Part shown: positions 1 to 8,760 of the stretch, piece after piece | Layout: each line of letters starts with the position of its first letter | Position numbering within the stretch: position 1 is the stretch's first letter | Origin: Halodesulfurarchaeum sp. | GTDB lineage: Archaea > Halobacteriota > Halobacteria > Halobacteriales > Halobacteriaceae | DNA length: 22,784 nucleotides | Assembly: GCA_042216015.1 (NCBI GenBank) | Contig: JBDGUI010000012.1 | Location: 1-22,784 of the forward strand | Direction: 5' to 3' | The notes under the pieces: generated by a model | Databases searched by the model: none | Seen by the model: the letters and a program-made list of their open reading frames with translations, nothing else | What the model was told of the DNA's origin: nothing | Made by a program: the position numbers and the translations under genes

Positions 1-44
1 AGAACCTGTATTTGCCCGGCTCCGTAGGTGGATTCCTCGACCAT
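1..44 (-). CDS. gyrB: DNA gyrase subunit B, 5' end only (continues off the left edge)
   Basis: The reverse complement from 44 reads ATG GTC GAG GAA TCC ACC TAC GGA GCC GGG CAA ATA CAG GTT CT = [15 protein letters not shown], the characteristic GyrB N-terminus (Y.A.QIQVL). A gyrB divergent from top6B is the usual haloarchaeal arrangement. Confidence 0.88.
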   Translation of the reverse strand, partial: MVEESTYGAGQIQV

Positions 45-75
45 GAATGAAGTGGATGGAGGTAGTGCGTCCTGC

Positions 76-85
76 CTTAAAAAGG
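76..85 (-). promoter_or_regulatory. Putative TATA box for gyrB
   Basis: The minus strand reads CCTTTTTAAG about 32-41 nt upstream of the gyrB ATG. Confidence 0.55.
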
Positions 86-89
86 CGGC

Positions 90-114
90 TATGCGCGTGC
101 ACGCGCGCGCATGC
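90..114. other. Alternating purine-pyrimidine tract (Z-DNA-prone) containing a 14-bp palindrome
   Basis: TATGCGCGTGCACGCGCGCGCATGC is 25 nt of perfect Y/R alternation. GCGCGTGCACGCGC (93-106) is a perfect palindrome. Confidence 0.85.
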
Positions 115-122
115 CGGCTTTC

Positions 123-150
123 GTTTCACTTTCACTGTTTCACTTTCACT
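123..150. repeat. Tandem repeat 2 x GTTTCACTTTCACT (four TTTCAC units)
   Basis: 123-136 and 137-150 are identical 14-mers. Confidence 0.9.
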
Positions 151-210
151 CCGGCCACCAGTTGGACCGAGACCCTTTTGACTACAGGCTGGGAAATCCG
201 ACCCAATCGA

Positions 211-3200
211 ATGACGGCCTTCGATCCAACCGCCGACCGCGGGGGTGCAGTCGCTGACGAGCTCGCGGCCGACCAGCGATCGATCTCCATCGCCGAATTC
301 TTCGAGAAGAACAAGCACATGCTGGGCTTCGACAGCGAGGCCCGGGCGCTCGTTACTGCCACGAAGGAGGGGGTCGACAACTCCCTCGACGCCGCCGAGG
401 AGGCCGGCTACCTGCCCGATATCTACGTCGAGATCAGGGAGATCGACGATCACTACCGCCTGATCATCGAGGACAACGGGCCGGGGATCACTGCGGAGGA
501 GCTGCCAAAGGTTTTCGGGAAGTTGCTCTATGGGTCGCGGTTTCACAAACGAGAGCAGTCGCTGACTCCGGATCAGGAGCTACAGATTCGACACGATGAG
601 ACGGTCGAGACGGTCCCGATCGGAACGCTTTGTGATGCGTACCTCCCGCAGGAGGGGGCCGCGACCCAGCCGATTCCGGACGACATCGAAGTCCCGTCGT
701 TCAACAGAAAAACTCAGGAAACGACCTGGCAACCGGTCACTCATGCCATCCGCCACGAAACCGCGGCCGAGACCTACGAGATCACGACCGAAAAGGGTCG
801 TTCTGTCGAGGTAACGGGCAATCACAGTCTCTTTTCACTCGGTGCGGACGGGGAAATTTCGGAGGTAGAGGCGGGTCAACTCGAGCCGGGAGATTATGTG
901 CTGGCACCGAAGCAGATTCCCCAGACTGACCGAACGGTCGAGGAAATCAACCTCCTCGAACACATCGATCGGGACCAACTCGACGGTCGGCGAGTCTACG
1001 TCTACGGATTTGACGAGGAGACGCTGGCAGAGATTCGATCAGGGGAAACGATACGGAAAAAGCCGAATCCCGACAGTTCCAGAAAGCGCTATTACTACCG
1101 ATACGAGGGCGTCGATATACTCCGAGACAGCCTCGAACAGAACTACATCGAGAAGGGATATCTGCCGGCGGAGACAGTTCTGGAACTCGGTTGGGAACGG
1201 AAAGCCGCGGACTGTACCTTCAAAACCTACCGCGTAGGCGGGGAGGAAACGACGATGTCGGTTACCGTTCCGGTGGACGACTCCTTCGTGAAATTACTCG
1301 GATACTACATTTCCGAAGGGCACACGGGCGACCGTCAGGTGGGATTCACGTTCGGTTCACACGAGTCCACGCTGATCGAATCGACCGAAACGGCTGTCGC
1401 AACACTAACTGGCTCGTCGACGACGGTGGAACGAGAGCGGAATTCGACACGGGTGAAGGCGTTTGGTTCGCCACTCGCCATGTTCCTCGAAGCGACGTGT
1501 GGTACCCAGGCGGCAGAAAAACAGATTCCCACGTTCGTCTTTGATCTCGATCCGGCACTGCAGAAACGATTTATTGCGGCTCTCTACGAGGGAGATGGTT
1601 CCGACTCACATCCGAGCAACGAACTCTCTCATACGACCACGAGTGAAACGCTAGCCCGTCAATTATCGGTTCTCTGGAATATGCAGGGCGTGCTCGCGAG
1701 CGTGGAGGAAGGGAAAAACTCCGGCTATACGGCGGAACCGAGCATGAGGTATCGGACGAAGGTATATGGCGAAGACGCGTCGTTGCTCGACGTTTTCGAG
1801 ACGAGCGACCGGACAGGCCAGCAACAATACAAGCGAATCCCGGTTTCGGTTCTCGATCCAGTCCGCGTCGACGAATCGCCAATCAAGACGGTTCCAGATA
1901 CGATCCCTGGCCTGCTCGTGGCAGCAGGTATTGGTTCGAACTTCGATTATGCCGAGCAATATCAGTCGGTCATCGAGGAGGCGATAGCTGGCGAACGCGT
2001 CGAAGCGCCTCGGTTTGCCCACAACCTCGAGCAGTGGGGTCTTCTCGAGGATGGCAGAGCCACAGATCGATTGAGAGAACTCTGGGAGGCGGTAAACGCG
2101 GTCCACGGGTTCACGAAGGGCGACTTAAGCCTCCTGAAGGTCAAGTCAGTCGAACAAACTGATCCTCCGGAATACGTCTATGACATTTCCGTGCCTGGCG
2201 CCACGGGAGCAGACGAAAACTTTGTCGTCGCAAACGACGGCGCATTGAGCGTCAAAAACAGCCGCGGCCAGCAGGGAATCGGCATTTCAGCGGCTGTCCT
2301 GTACGCGCAGTTGACTTCCGGGAAACCGGCGAAGATCACGAGCCGGACCGAGGGCCAGGACGAAGCCCGCTACTTCGAACTCGTCATCGACACCGACGAC
2401 AACGAACCCGAGATTCGCAAGGAATCGACGACCACCTGGGATCGGAGCCACGGCACCCGCATCGAACTCAACATGGAGGCGAACATGCGGGCCAGATCCC
2501 AGCTTCACGATTACATCAAACACACCGCCGTCGTCAATCCACACGCCAGGATCGAACTCGTGGAACCCGACGGCCACATCAAATCCGAGCGCGCAGAGGG
2601 AGCGACCCTGCCGGCAGAAACCGAGGAGATCCGCCCGCATCCCCACGGCGTCGAGATCGGCACGCTGCTCAAGATGCTCGCGAGCACGGATTCCCGAACG
2701 GTCCGGGGCTTCCTCCAGACGGCCTTCACCCGCGTCGGTCAGAAGACTGCCGACGACATCATCGCCGCCTTTGGCGACCGGGAGTTCGGTCGGCAGTTCC
2801 GCTGGCACCCGCCACAGGATCACGAGGACGTGAACCTGGCCCGGGTCGTCGTCGAGGCGGTGACGAACAAGGGCCGGGATCTGGAACGCCGCTTCGGCGA
2901 TACGCTCGCCGAGCGTGTCCGAGCGGCCGCACCGGTGAGCTACGAGGAACTCCGCGATCTCGTGGACGACGTCGCCGACGAACTCGCCGAGGAGTCGGGA
3001 CGGACATTCGGGAGCACCGTTCGGGCGAAGGTCCAAGATGGTGCCTGGGACGCCATCACGAACGACCGACGCGGGCACCTCTATCGGACGGTCGATGCGG
3101 TGACGACCACGCGGAAAGACGACGCGGCCATTGACGCCCTGGCACAGCGACTCGCCGAGCGGATCGCGGACGTGGAACGGGACCAGTTCACCCGGAAGGA

Positions 3201-4296
3201 ACTGATCAAAGCGGTGGATCGGGCCGCCGATCTCACCGAGGAGATGGACGACGAAACCTTCGGCGAGACGGCCCGAAAGAACATCGTCGAGGCCCTCTGG
3301 GACGGGATGGCTCGCGTCGAGGGCACGCTCCCAAAACCTACAGACCTCGCCGACGATCGGGACGGCGCCAGCAACCTCCTCGATGGGATGGCCTCCGTCG
3401 ACGTGATGGCACCACCGTCGAACTGTCTCTCGCCCATCACCGCCGAGCAGATCGAGGCGGGGCTCAGGAGCGAGTTCGACGCGGAGTTCTACACGGCCGC
3501 GACCCGCGACGCCGACGTGCACAGTGGCGATCCCTTCATTGCGGAGGCCGGAATCGCCTACGGCGGCGACCTCGAGGAGGGCTCCGCGGCGGATCTCATG
3601 CGCTTTGCGAACCGGGTCCCACTCGTCTACCAGCGCGGGGCCTGTGCGATGACCGACGTGGTCAAGGGGATCAACTGGCGCAATTACGGCCTCGATCAGC
3701 CCGGTGGAAGTGGCATCCCCCAGGGCCCGGTCGTGATCATGATCCACGTCGCCTCGACCAACGTCCCGTTCACGAGCGAGTCCAAGGACGCGCTGGCGAA
3801 CGTCCCGGAGATCGAGGACGAACTCGAGCTCGCCCTCAGGGAGGCCGCACGAGACCTCAAATCCCACCTCAACAGGCGGGAGACGATGCGCAAACGTCGA
3901 CAGAAGCAGAACGTCATCGCCGACATCCTCCCGACGATGGCCGAGAAGGTCTCCTCGATCACCGAGCGCGAACCCGTCGACGTGAGTGACTCCCTGGCGC
4001 GAATCATGAACAACGTGCTCGTCGAACGGGAGCGCGAGGACGGGACCGTCCGCCTGCAGGTCGAGAATCACGGATCGACGAACGCCGACCTGGAGATCAC
4101 GGAGATCCTCAGCGAAGAGCCAACGGATCTCTCTGACGGATCGGTGGTCGAGATGGACGGCGAATACTTCCTCACGTGGAAACCAGTCGTGGCGGGGGGT
4201 GACGAGGCGACCCTCGAGTACGAAGTGAGCGGTGATGCGGCCTTCGACCTCCAGGTTTCCGGCATCGAGGAGACGAAACTGACGGTGGAACAATGA
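211..4296 (+). CDS. top6B: DNA topoisomerase VI subunit B, intein-containing precursor
   Basis: GHKL motifs [17 protein letters not shown] and [10 protein letters not shown]...SRGQQGIG; H2TH region FTRVGQKTA; transducer RFANRVPL and [11 protein letters not shown]; beta-rich C-terminal extension. The start is placed at ATG 211 because the track's 28-210 extension overlaps gyrB and the promoter, and a CTTTTGAC TATA-like box lies about 30 nt upstream. Confidence 0.96.
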   Translation: MTAFDPTADRGGAVADELAADQRSISIAEFFEKNKHMLGFDSEARALVTATKEGVDNSLDAAEEAGYLPDIYVEIREIDDHYRLIIEDNGPGITAEELPKVFGKLLYGSRFHKREQSLTPDQELQIRHDETVETVPIGTLCDAYLPQEGAATQPIPDDIEVPSFNRKTQETTWQPVTHAIRHETAAETYEITTEKGRSVEVTGNHSLFSLGADGEISEVEAGQLEPGDYVLAPKQIPQTDRTVEEINLLEHIDRDQLDGRRVYVYGFDEETLAEIRSGETIRKKPNPDSSRKRYYYRYEGVDILRDSLEQNYIEKGYLPAETVLELGWERKAADCTFKTYRVGGEETTMSVTVPVDDSFVKLLGYYISEGHTGDRQVGFTFGSHESTLIESTETAVATLTGSSTTVERERNSTRVKAFGSPLAMFLEATCGTQAAEKQIPTFVFDLDPALQKRFIAALYEGDGSDSHPSNELSHTTTSETLARQLSVLWNMQGVLASVEEGKNSGYTAEPSMRYRTKVYGEDASLLDVFETSDRTGQQQYKRIPVSVLDPVRVDESPIKTVPDTIPGLLVAAGIGSNFDYAEQYQSVIEEAIAGERVEAPRFAHNLEQWGLLEDGRATDRLRELWEAVNAVHGFTKGDLSLLKVKSVEQTDPPEYVYDISVPGATGADENFVVANDGALSVKNSRGQQGIGISAAVLYAQLTSGKPAKITSRTEGQDEARYFELVIDTDDNEPEIRKESTTTWDRSHGTRIELNMEANMRARSQLHDYIKHTAVVNPHARIELVEPDGHIKSERAEGATLPAETEEIRPHPHGVEIGTLLKMLASTDSRTVRGFLQTAFTRVGQKTADDIIAAFGDREFGRQFRWHPPQDHEDVNLARVVVEAVTNKGRDLERRFGDTLAERVRAAAPVSYEELRDLVDDVADELAEESGRTFGSTVRAKVQDGAWDAITNDRRGHLYRTVDAVTTTRKDDAAIDALAQRLAERIADVERDQFTRKELIKAVDRAADLTEEMDDETFGETARKNIVEALWDGMARVEGTLPKPTDLADDRDGASNLLDGMASVDVMAPPSNCLSPITAEQIEAGLRSEFDAEFYTAATRDADVHSGDPFIAEAGIAYGGDLEEGSAADLMRFANRVPLVYQRGACAMTDVVKGINWRNYGLDQPGGSGIPQGPVVIMIHVASTNVPFTSESKDALANVPEIEDELELALREAARDLKSHLNRRETMRKRRQKQNVIADILPTMAEKVSSITEREPVDVSDSLARIMNNVLVEREREDGTVRLQVENHGSTNADLEITEILSEEPTDLSDGSVVEMDGEYFLTWKPVVAGGDEATLEYEVSGDAAFDLQVSGIEETKLTVEQ
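559..2259 (+). mobile_element. Intein (567 aa) with LAGLIDADG homing endonuclease in Top6B
   Basis: It interrupts the conserved [11 protein letters not shown]. Block A SLTPDQ, block [11 protein letters not shown] (TxxH), block [10 protein letters not shown] (about 1294-1320), block [11 protein letters not shown] (1570-1599), block F YVYDISV...ENFV, block G SVKN followed by +1 Ser. Confidence 0.95.
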
Positions 4297-5375
4297 GCGA
4301 TTCAGAGGCCAGAGCAAAGTTGATCGACCTGGCGGCCCAGTTCTATGACCAGTTCGAGCTGGGGGAGATCCCCCACATGGAGGTTCCGACCCGCTCGAAG
4401 TCGAACATCGTCTTCGACGACGAATCCGGGGTCTGGGTCTACGGGGACCGGAAGAGCTCCCGGAGCGCGAACTCGGTCCGGGGTGCCCGCAAGCTCCTCA
4501 AGGCCGTCTACACGATCGAGTTCCTGGCCGACCAGCTCGATCAGGACCGCTCCTCGACGTTGCGGGAACTCTACTACCTCAGCGAGTCCTGGGACGAGGA
4601 GGAGGCCCAGTTCACCGACCAGAACCAGTCGGACTCCCTGATCGAGGACCTCGAGATCGTCTCGGGTGTCAAGCGGGAGGACTTCCACATGCGTCCGGAG
4701 GAATCCGGCGCCACCCTCATGGGTCCGCTCTTTCTGCGCGAGCAGACCCGGCGGGGCGATCGCGAGATTCACTGCCAGCAGGACGTCGGCGAAGGGGGGT
4801 ACCAGATCCCGAACAATCCCGACACGATCGAATTCCTCGATCACGACGCGGACTTCGTGATGGCCGTGGAGACCGGCGGGATGCGCGACCGGCTCATCGA
4901 GAACGGGTTCGACGACGAGTACAACGCCATCATCGTCCACCTCAAGGGTCAGCCGGCCAGAGCGACCCGTCGCATCACGAAGCGACTGCACGACGATCTC
5001 GGTCTGCCGGTTACGGTCTTCACTGACGGTGACCCGTGGTCCTACCGGATCTACGGCTCGGTGGCCTACGGCTCGATCAAGAGCGCCCACCTCTCGGAGT
5101 ATCTCGCGACCCCGGAGGCCGACTTCGTGGGGATCCGCCCCGTCGACATCGTGGAGTACGACCTGCCGACCGACCCGCTCGGCGACTCGGACGTGAACGC
5201 CCTCGAGAGCGAACTCGACGACCCGCGATTCGGGACCGAGTTCTGGACCGAACAGATCGAACTTCAGCTCGACATCGGCAAGAAGGCCGAACAGCAGGCC
5301 CTGGCCTCTCGGGGTCTGGACTTCGTGACCGACACGTACCTCCCCGACCGGCTCGAGGAGATGGGCGTGGTTTGA
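4293..5375 (+). CDS. top6A: DNA topoisomerase VI subunit A
   Basis: Catalytic-Tyr motif [14 protein letters not shown] motifs AVETGG and [18 protein letters not shown] overlap with the top6B stop. Confidence 0.96.
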   Translation: MSDSEARAKLIDLAAQFYDQFELGEIPHMEVPTRSKSNIVFDDESGVWVYGDRKSSRSANSVRGARKLLKAVYTIEFLADQLDQDRSSTLRELYYLSESWDEEEAQFTDQNQSDSLIEDLEIVSGVKREDFHMRPEESGATLMGPLFLREQTRRGDREIHCQQDVGEGGYQIPNNPDTIEFLDHDADFVMAVETGGMRDRLIENGFDDEYNAIIVHLKGQPARATRRITKRLHDDLGLPVTVFTDGDPWSYRIYGSVAYGSIKSAHLSEYLATPEADFVGIRPVDIVEYDLPTDPLGDSDVNALESELDDPRFGTEFWTEQIELQLDIGKKAEQQALASRGLDFVTDTYLPDRLEEMGVV

Positions 5376-5482
5376 ACGCCGAAAGCGTGGATATCGGCAA
5401 CGGTTACCTGGCCACTTGACGGGCGACCGCCACGCGGTGAAAGCCGTCGAGTATTTGTATCCCTTGTTCCAATGGGTGAGCC

Positions 5483-7003
5483 ATGTCCGGGGCGGATCTT
5501 GTCACCGATGTCGCCGACGTGCTCGCGGTCGACGCGGACACCTTTCAGGACCGAGTCCGCGAGGACGCAGAGACCATCAGGGAGGAGGTCGAGGCTGGCA
5601 CCTTCGACAACCCCCAGGCGATCGTCGGCCTCGAATACGAGTTCTACGCGGTCGACGAGTACGGTGGCCTCGCCCGCATCCCCCGCCGATTACTCGAGTA
5701 CGTCGGCTTCGAGAAGGAGCTTGGACTGCACAATGCCGAAATGCAGACCTTTCCGGACCCGCTCAACGACGCCGGACTCACGTCACAGGAATCGAGTGTC
5801 ATCTCCCGCCTCGATGCCGCCGCTCGGCCCATGGACGCCGAGGGCGTCCACCTCGTCAGCGACGGCATCTGGACGCTGCCGCCCGCCGGAGAATCGGCCA
5901 GCGAGTATCTCACCAGTAGCGTCGAACGGGAGGGCCAGACGCTTGCGACGAACATGTCGGATTCCGCCAGATATCACGCGATGGCAAACAGTGTGATCGA
6001 ACCGGGGATGCGGATCGATGTCCCACACGCCTCCCTCGAGGCCGAAACCGTGATGCCCGAGAGTCTCATCACCTCGATCCAGCCACACTACCAGGTGCCA
6101 CGGGCGGGCGACCTGCCCGAGTACTTTCACTACGCGCTCCGGGTCGCCGGCCCCCTTCTGGCGCTGGGAGTCAATTCCCCGTTTTTGCCGCCCGACCTCT
6201 ACGACGATATGGACCCGTATGCGATCCTCGAGGACGGCTATGCGGAGCATCGAATCGACATCTTCGAGTCCATGCTCAACGTCTCCGACCGGGACGGGAA
6301 AGTCCGATTCCCCGAGGACGTCGAAGCCGTCGAGGACGCCATCATGGCCATCGCCGAGGACGACGTACTGGTTCCCATGGCCGTCGAACAGACCGGACGG
6401 TTCGACGACGAATTCGCGCACTTTCGGATGAAACACGGGACCTTCTGGCGGTGGGTCAGGCCCGTGTTCGAGGGGGTCTCCCGGACCGAGGCAAACGCCC
6501 GCATCGAGTTTCGTCCGATTCCGGCCCAGCCCACTGTCCGGGACAGTATCGCCTTCCAGGCCGCGTTTGCCGGGCTTCTCGAACAGTTGCGCCAGCACGA
6601 ACACCCCCTCTATGACCTCCCGTGGACCGATGCTCGAGAGAATTTCTACGAGGCGAGCCGCGCCGGCCTCGAGGCCGACCTCTCGTACATCACCGAATCC
6701 GGGGAGGAAACGACCGATTCGGACGCCATCTACGCCGATCTGTTCGAACAGGCACAGGCCGGACTCCGGAGGCGTGGGCTCTCGGGAGAGACCGCTGCCC
6801 GATATCTGTGGCCCTTGCGACGGCGGGTCAAGCATGGCATGACTCCGGCGGAGTGGAAGCGAAACCGGGTGCGGGAACACCTCCAGGACGGCGCGGACCT
6901 GACGCTCGCAATCGAGGAGATGCAGGAACACTACTTCGAATTGCAGCGCCGAACCCTCCTCGACGGCCGTTTCTCGGACTGGTTCGAGACCGACGGACGG
7001 TAA
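5483..7003 (+). CDS. Glutamate-cysteine ligase family 2 (GCS2) / carboxylate-amine ligase-like protein, substrate unknown
   Basis: Motifs VGLEYEF, KELGLHNAE, TSIQPHYQV, LLALGVNSPF, GTFWRWVRP and RIEFRPIPAQP; acidic 506-aa protein. Confidence 0.75.
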   Translation: MSGADLVTDVADVLAVDADTFQDRVREDAETIREEVEAGTFDNPQAIVGLEYEFYAVDEYGGLARIPRRLLEYVGFEKELGLHNAEMQTFPDPLNDAGLTSQESSVISRLDAAARPMDAEGVHLVSDGIWTLPPAGESASEYLTSSVEREGQTLATNMSDSARYHAMANSVIEPGMRIDVPHASLEAETVMPESLITSIQPHYQVPRAGDLPEYFHYALRVAGPLLALGVNSPFLPPDLYDDMDPYAILEDGYAEHRIDIFESMLNVSDRDGKVRFPEDVEAVEDAIMAIAEDDVLVPMAVEQTGRFDDEFAHFRMKHGTFWRWVRPVFEGVSRTEANARIEFRPIPAQPTVRDSIAFQAAFAGLLEQLRQHEHPLYDLPWTDARENFYEASRAGLEADLSYITESGEETTDSDAIYADLFEQAQAGLRRRGLSGETAARYLWPLRRRVKHGMTPAEWKRNRVREHLQDGADLTLAIEEMQEHYFELQRRTLLDGRFSDWFETDGR

Positions 7004-7046
7004 AAAACCCGCGTCGGGATCGAATGGGGGATTCCCCCGATTCTTT
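7002..7046. terminator. Candidate bidirectional terminator between the convergent GCS2-like gene and psmB
   Basis: An A6 run at 7002-7007 (U-tract for the minus-strand transcript) and the hairpin GAAT-GGGGG-ATT-CCCCC-G-ATTC (7022-7043) followed by TTT. Confidence 0.45.
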
Positions 7047-7051
7047 GCCGA

Positions 7052-7786
7052 CTAGAGCACTTCTTCGATGTCCTTGTGGCCGACGATGTCGACGGCCTCC
7101 CGGGTCACCTTCGTGATGTGGATGCCGTTTCCACTGGCCGTGTCCCGTTCGCTGGCCGAATCGACGGCCTGTGCAGCGATGGTGACGGCCTCGGCCATCG
7201 TGAGGTCGTCCGTGTATTCCTGCTCGAGGACACCCAGTGCGTAGGGCATGCCGCTTCCCTGGGCGGCGTAGTCGTCAGCCAGCGAACTGCCGGAGGGATC
7301 CAGGCTGTAAACGTGGGCCCCCTCCCCGTCCATGCCGGCGAGCAGCGGGACGACCATGAAGAACGGACCGCCCCGGAGGAGGTTACTGGCCATCGTCGCG
7401 AGGGCGTTGATCGACATGTACTCGCCCCGCCGCGCCTCGTAGAGGCTCGCCTCGGCCCGCAGCGAACGGATGTAGGACTGGGCTCCACCGACCGAGCCCG
7501 ACATGGAGAGGGCGGCGTTCTGCTGGATTTCCTCGACCTTCTGGACGTCCTTGTTCGAGACGACCCGTCCGCCGAGGCTGGCTCGCATGTCCGAGCCCAT
7601 CACGACCCCGTCCGGGGTGGTGATGCCGACGATGGTCGTGCCCGTCTTGGTCACGTTCTCGAGGTCGCCCTCGCTGACCGGACTCTCCGGGACCGGCCCG
7701 AGTTGGGGTTCGTAGGGGTCACCGACGTCGAGGTTCGGGGTCTCGGCTCCGGGTGCAGTTGGAACCGTTTCCTGGGGGTCAAACAT
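7052..7786 (-). CDS. psmB: 20S proteasome beta subunit precursor
   Basis: An acidic/Pro-rich propeptide, then KTG|TTIVG (active-site Thr), DMRASLG, VQKV, GSVGGAQ, GSG and ERDTASGNG. An ATTTATCT TATA-like box 25-32 nt upstream favours ATG 7786 over 7795. Confidence 0.95.
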   Translation of the reverse strand: MFDPQETVPTAPGAETPNLDVGDPYEPQLGPVPESPVSEGDLENVTKTGTTIVGITTPDGVVMGSDMRASLGGRVVSNKDVQKVEEIQQNAALSMSGSVGGAQSYIRSLRAEASLYEARRGEYMSINALATMASNLLRGGPFFMVVPLLAGMDGEGAHVYSLDPSGSSLADDYAAQGSGMPYALGVLEQEYTDDLTMAEAVTIAAQAVDSASERDTASGNGIHITKVTREAVDIVGHKDIEEVL

Positions 7787-7884
7787 TAGGCCCATCTATC
7801 GCCGGACGACAGATAAATGCACTCTTTCGGGTGGTCCTGCCGGGTGTCTTTCCGAACCGGGCCCCTCGGGGCTCCGGTCCCGGT

Positions 7885-8055
7885 TCACTGGGCCTGTGCC
7901 TCGTAGGCCGCCTCCGCTCGCTCGATCAGCCGGTGGACCGGCAGGGTGATGCCGAACTGCCTGGCCAGCAGGGCAACCGGCAGGAGTCCGATCCCGACGG
8001 CGAGGGTCGTCTGGTAGGCGGTCAGCGTCGCGAGTTTGATGGCCCGATCGATCAT
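7885..8055 (-). CDS. Small (56 aa) protein with a hydrophobic core, function unknown
   Basis: MIDRAIKLATLTAYQTTLAVGIGLLPVALLARQFGITLPVHRLIERAEAAYEAQAQ; host-like codon usage; near-consensus TATA box upstream. Confidence 0.75.
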   Translation of the reverse strand: MIDRAIKLATLTAYQTTLAVGIGLLPVALLARQFGITLPVHRLIERAEAAYEAQAQ

Positions 8056-8084
8056 CTGCGTCGCCTGTCGGTCCACGGTGGTAG

Positions 8085-8092
8085 TATATAAA
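8085..8092 (-). promoter_or_regulatory. TATA box of the small protein gene
   Basis: TTTATATA on the minus strand, 30-37 nt upstream of ATG 8055. Confidence 0.7.
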
Positions 8093-8348
8093 GGTATCGT
8101 CAGACGCGAACGAACAATCCCGACGCCATCGTCCGATTTTCCCGATAGCATCGTCTTCGCTCACTGCACGGACAGATCGGCCGGAGACGTGTAGCACGCG
8201 AGGACCTCATCCCAAAGCCCGAGATAACCTATGAGAAAGGTGGCCGAAAGGAGCGCGTTCCCATCCCGGCCAGATTTGGTTCCCCCTCCTCTGACACACG
8301 TGGAACCCAAACCGCAAATCACGTTTTACTCCACCTCGATCATCCCAT

Positions 8349-8711
8349 ATGGCAAATTTCGTGGTCGCGATGGAAGCGGCATGGTTGGTCCGGGACGTCG
8401 AGAACTCCGACGACGCGATCGGCGTGGCCGTCAGCGAGGCTGGCAAGCGACTCAACGAGGCGGATCTCGACTACGTCGAGGTCCAACCGGGCATCACCAC
8501 CTGTCCGGCCTGTGGCGAACCCCTCGATGCCGCGTTTCTGGCCGCCGACACCGCCCTCGTCGGCCTCGAACTCGAAATGACCGTGTTCAACGCGGAGAGC
8601 GACGAACACGCCTCCCGAATCGCCAAGAGCGAGGTCGGTGGCGCGCTGCGAGACGTCCCGCTCAAGGTCATCGAAGTCCTCGAGGAGTCAGCGGAGAGCG
8701 ACGACGAATAG
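8349..8711 (+). CDS. DUF555 / UPF0212 family protein
   Basis: EAAWLVRDV..DDAIGVAVSEAGKRL, CPACG and VFNAESDEHASRIAKS are typical of this euryarchaeal family. Confidence 0.85.
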   Translation: MANFVVAMEAAWLVRDVENSDDAIGVAVSEAGKRLNEADLDYVEVQPGITTCPACGEPLDAAFLAADTALVGLELEMTVFNAESDEHASRIAKSEVGGALRDVPLKVIEVLEESAESDDE

Positions 8712-8730
8712 CCGCCTGAAGAACACAAAT

Positions 8731-8740
8731 CTTTATAATA
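8731..8740 (+). promoter_or_regulatory. TATA box for the HTH-CBS gene (probably a leaderless mRNA)
   Basis: CTTTATAATA 21-30 nt upstream of ATG 8761. Confidence 0.65.
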
Positions 8741-8760
8741 ACTGTGGGTTATCCACCCGT

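Noticed and set aside
123..150. TTTCAC repeats as a replication origin (ORB) or CRISPR repeat
   Set aside because: No G-string or full ORB consensus, no adjacent orc/cdc6, no spacers and no cas genes.
28..210. N-terminal extension of the 1422-aa ORF
   Set aside because: It overlaps the gyrB start and promoter elements; the translation ([14 protein letters not shown]) merely reflects the repeats.
2287..4317. 676-aa antisense ORF (likewise 4302-5090, 5783-6931, 10969-12252 and 20708-22198)
   Set aside because: Shadow ORFs opposite well-supported genes, expected from high GC3 codon bias; no recognisable motifs.
7885..8055. Small protein as a Pup- or SAMP-like modifier
   Set aside because: No C-terminal GG or GG[QE]; hydrophobic rather than disordered; too short for a beta-grasp fold.
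8100..8320. Possible ncRNA in the ~290-bp divergent intergenic region
   Set aside because: No tRNA cloverleaf or convincing long stem was seen; it is explicable as two promoters with upstream regulatory DNA.
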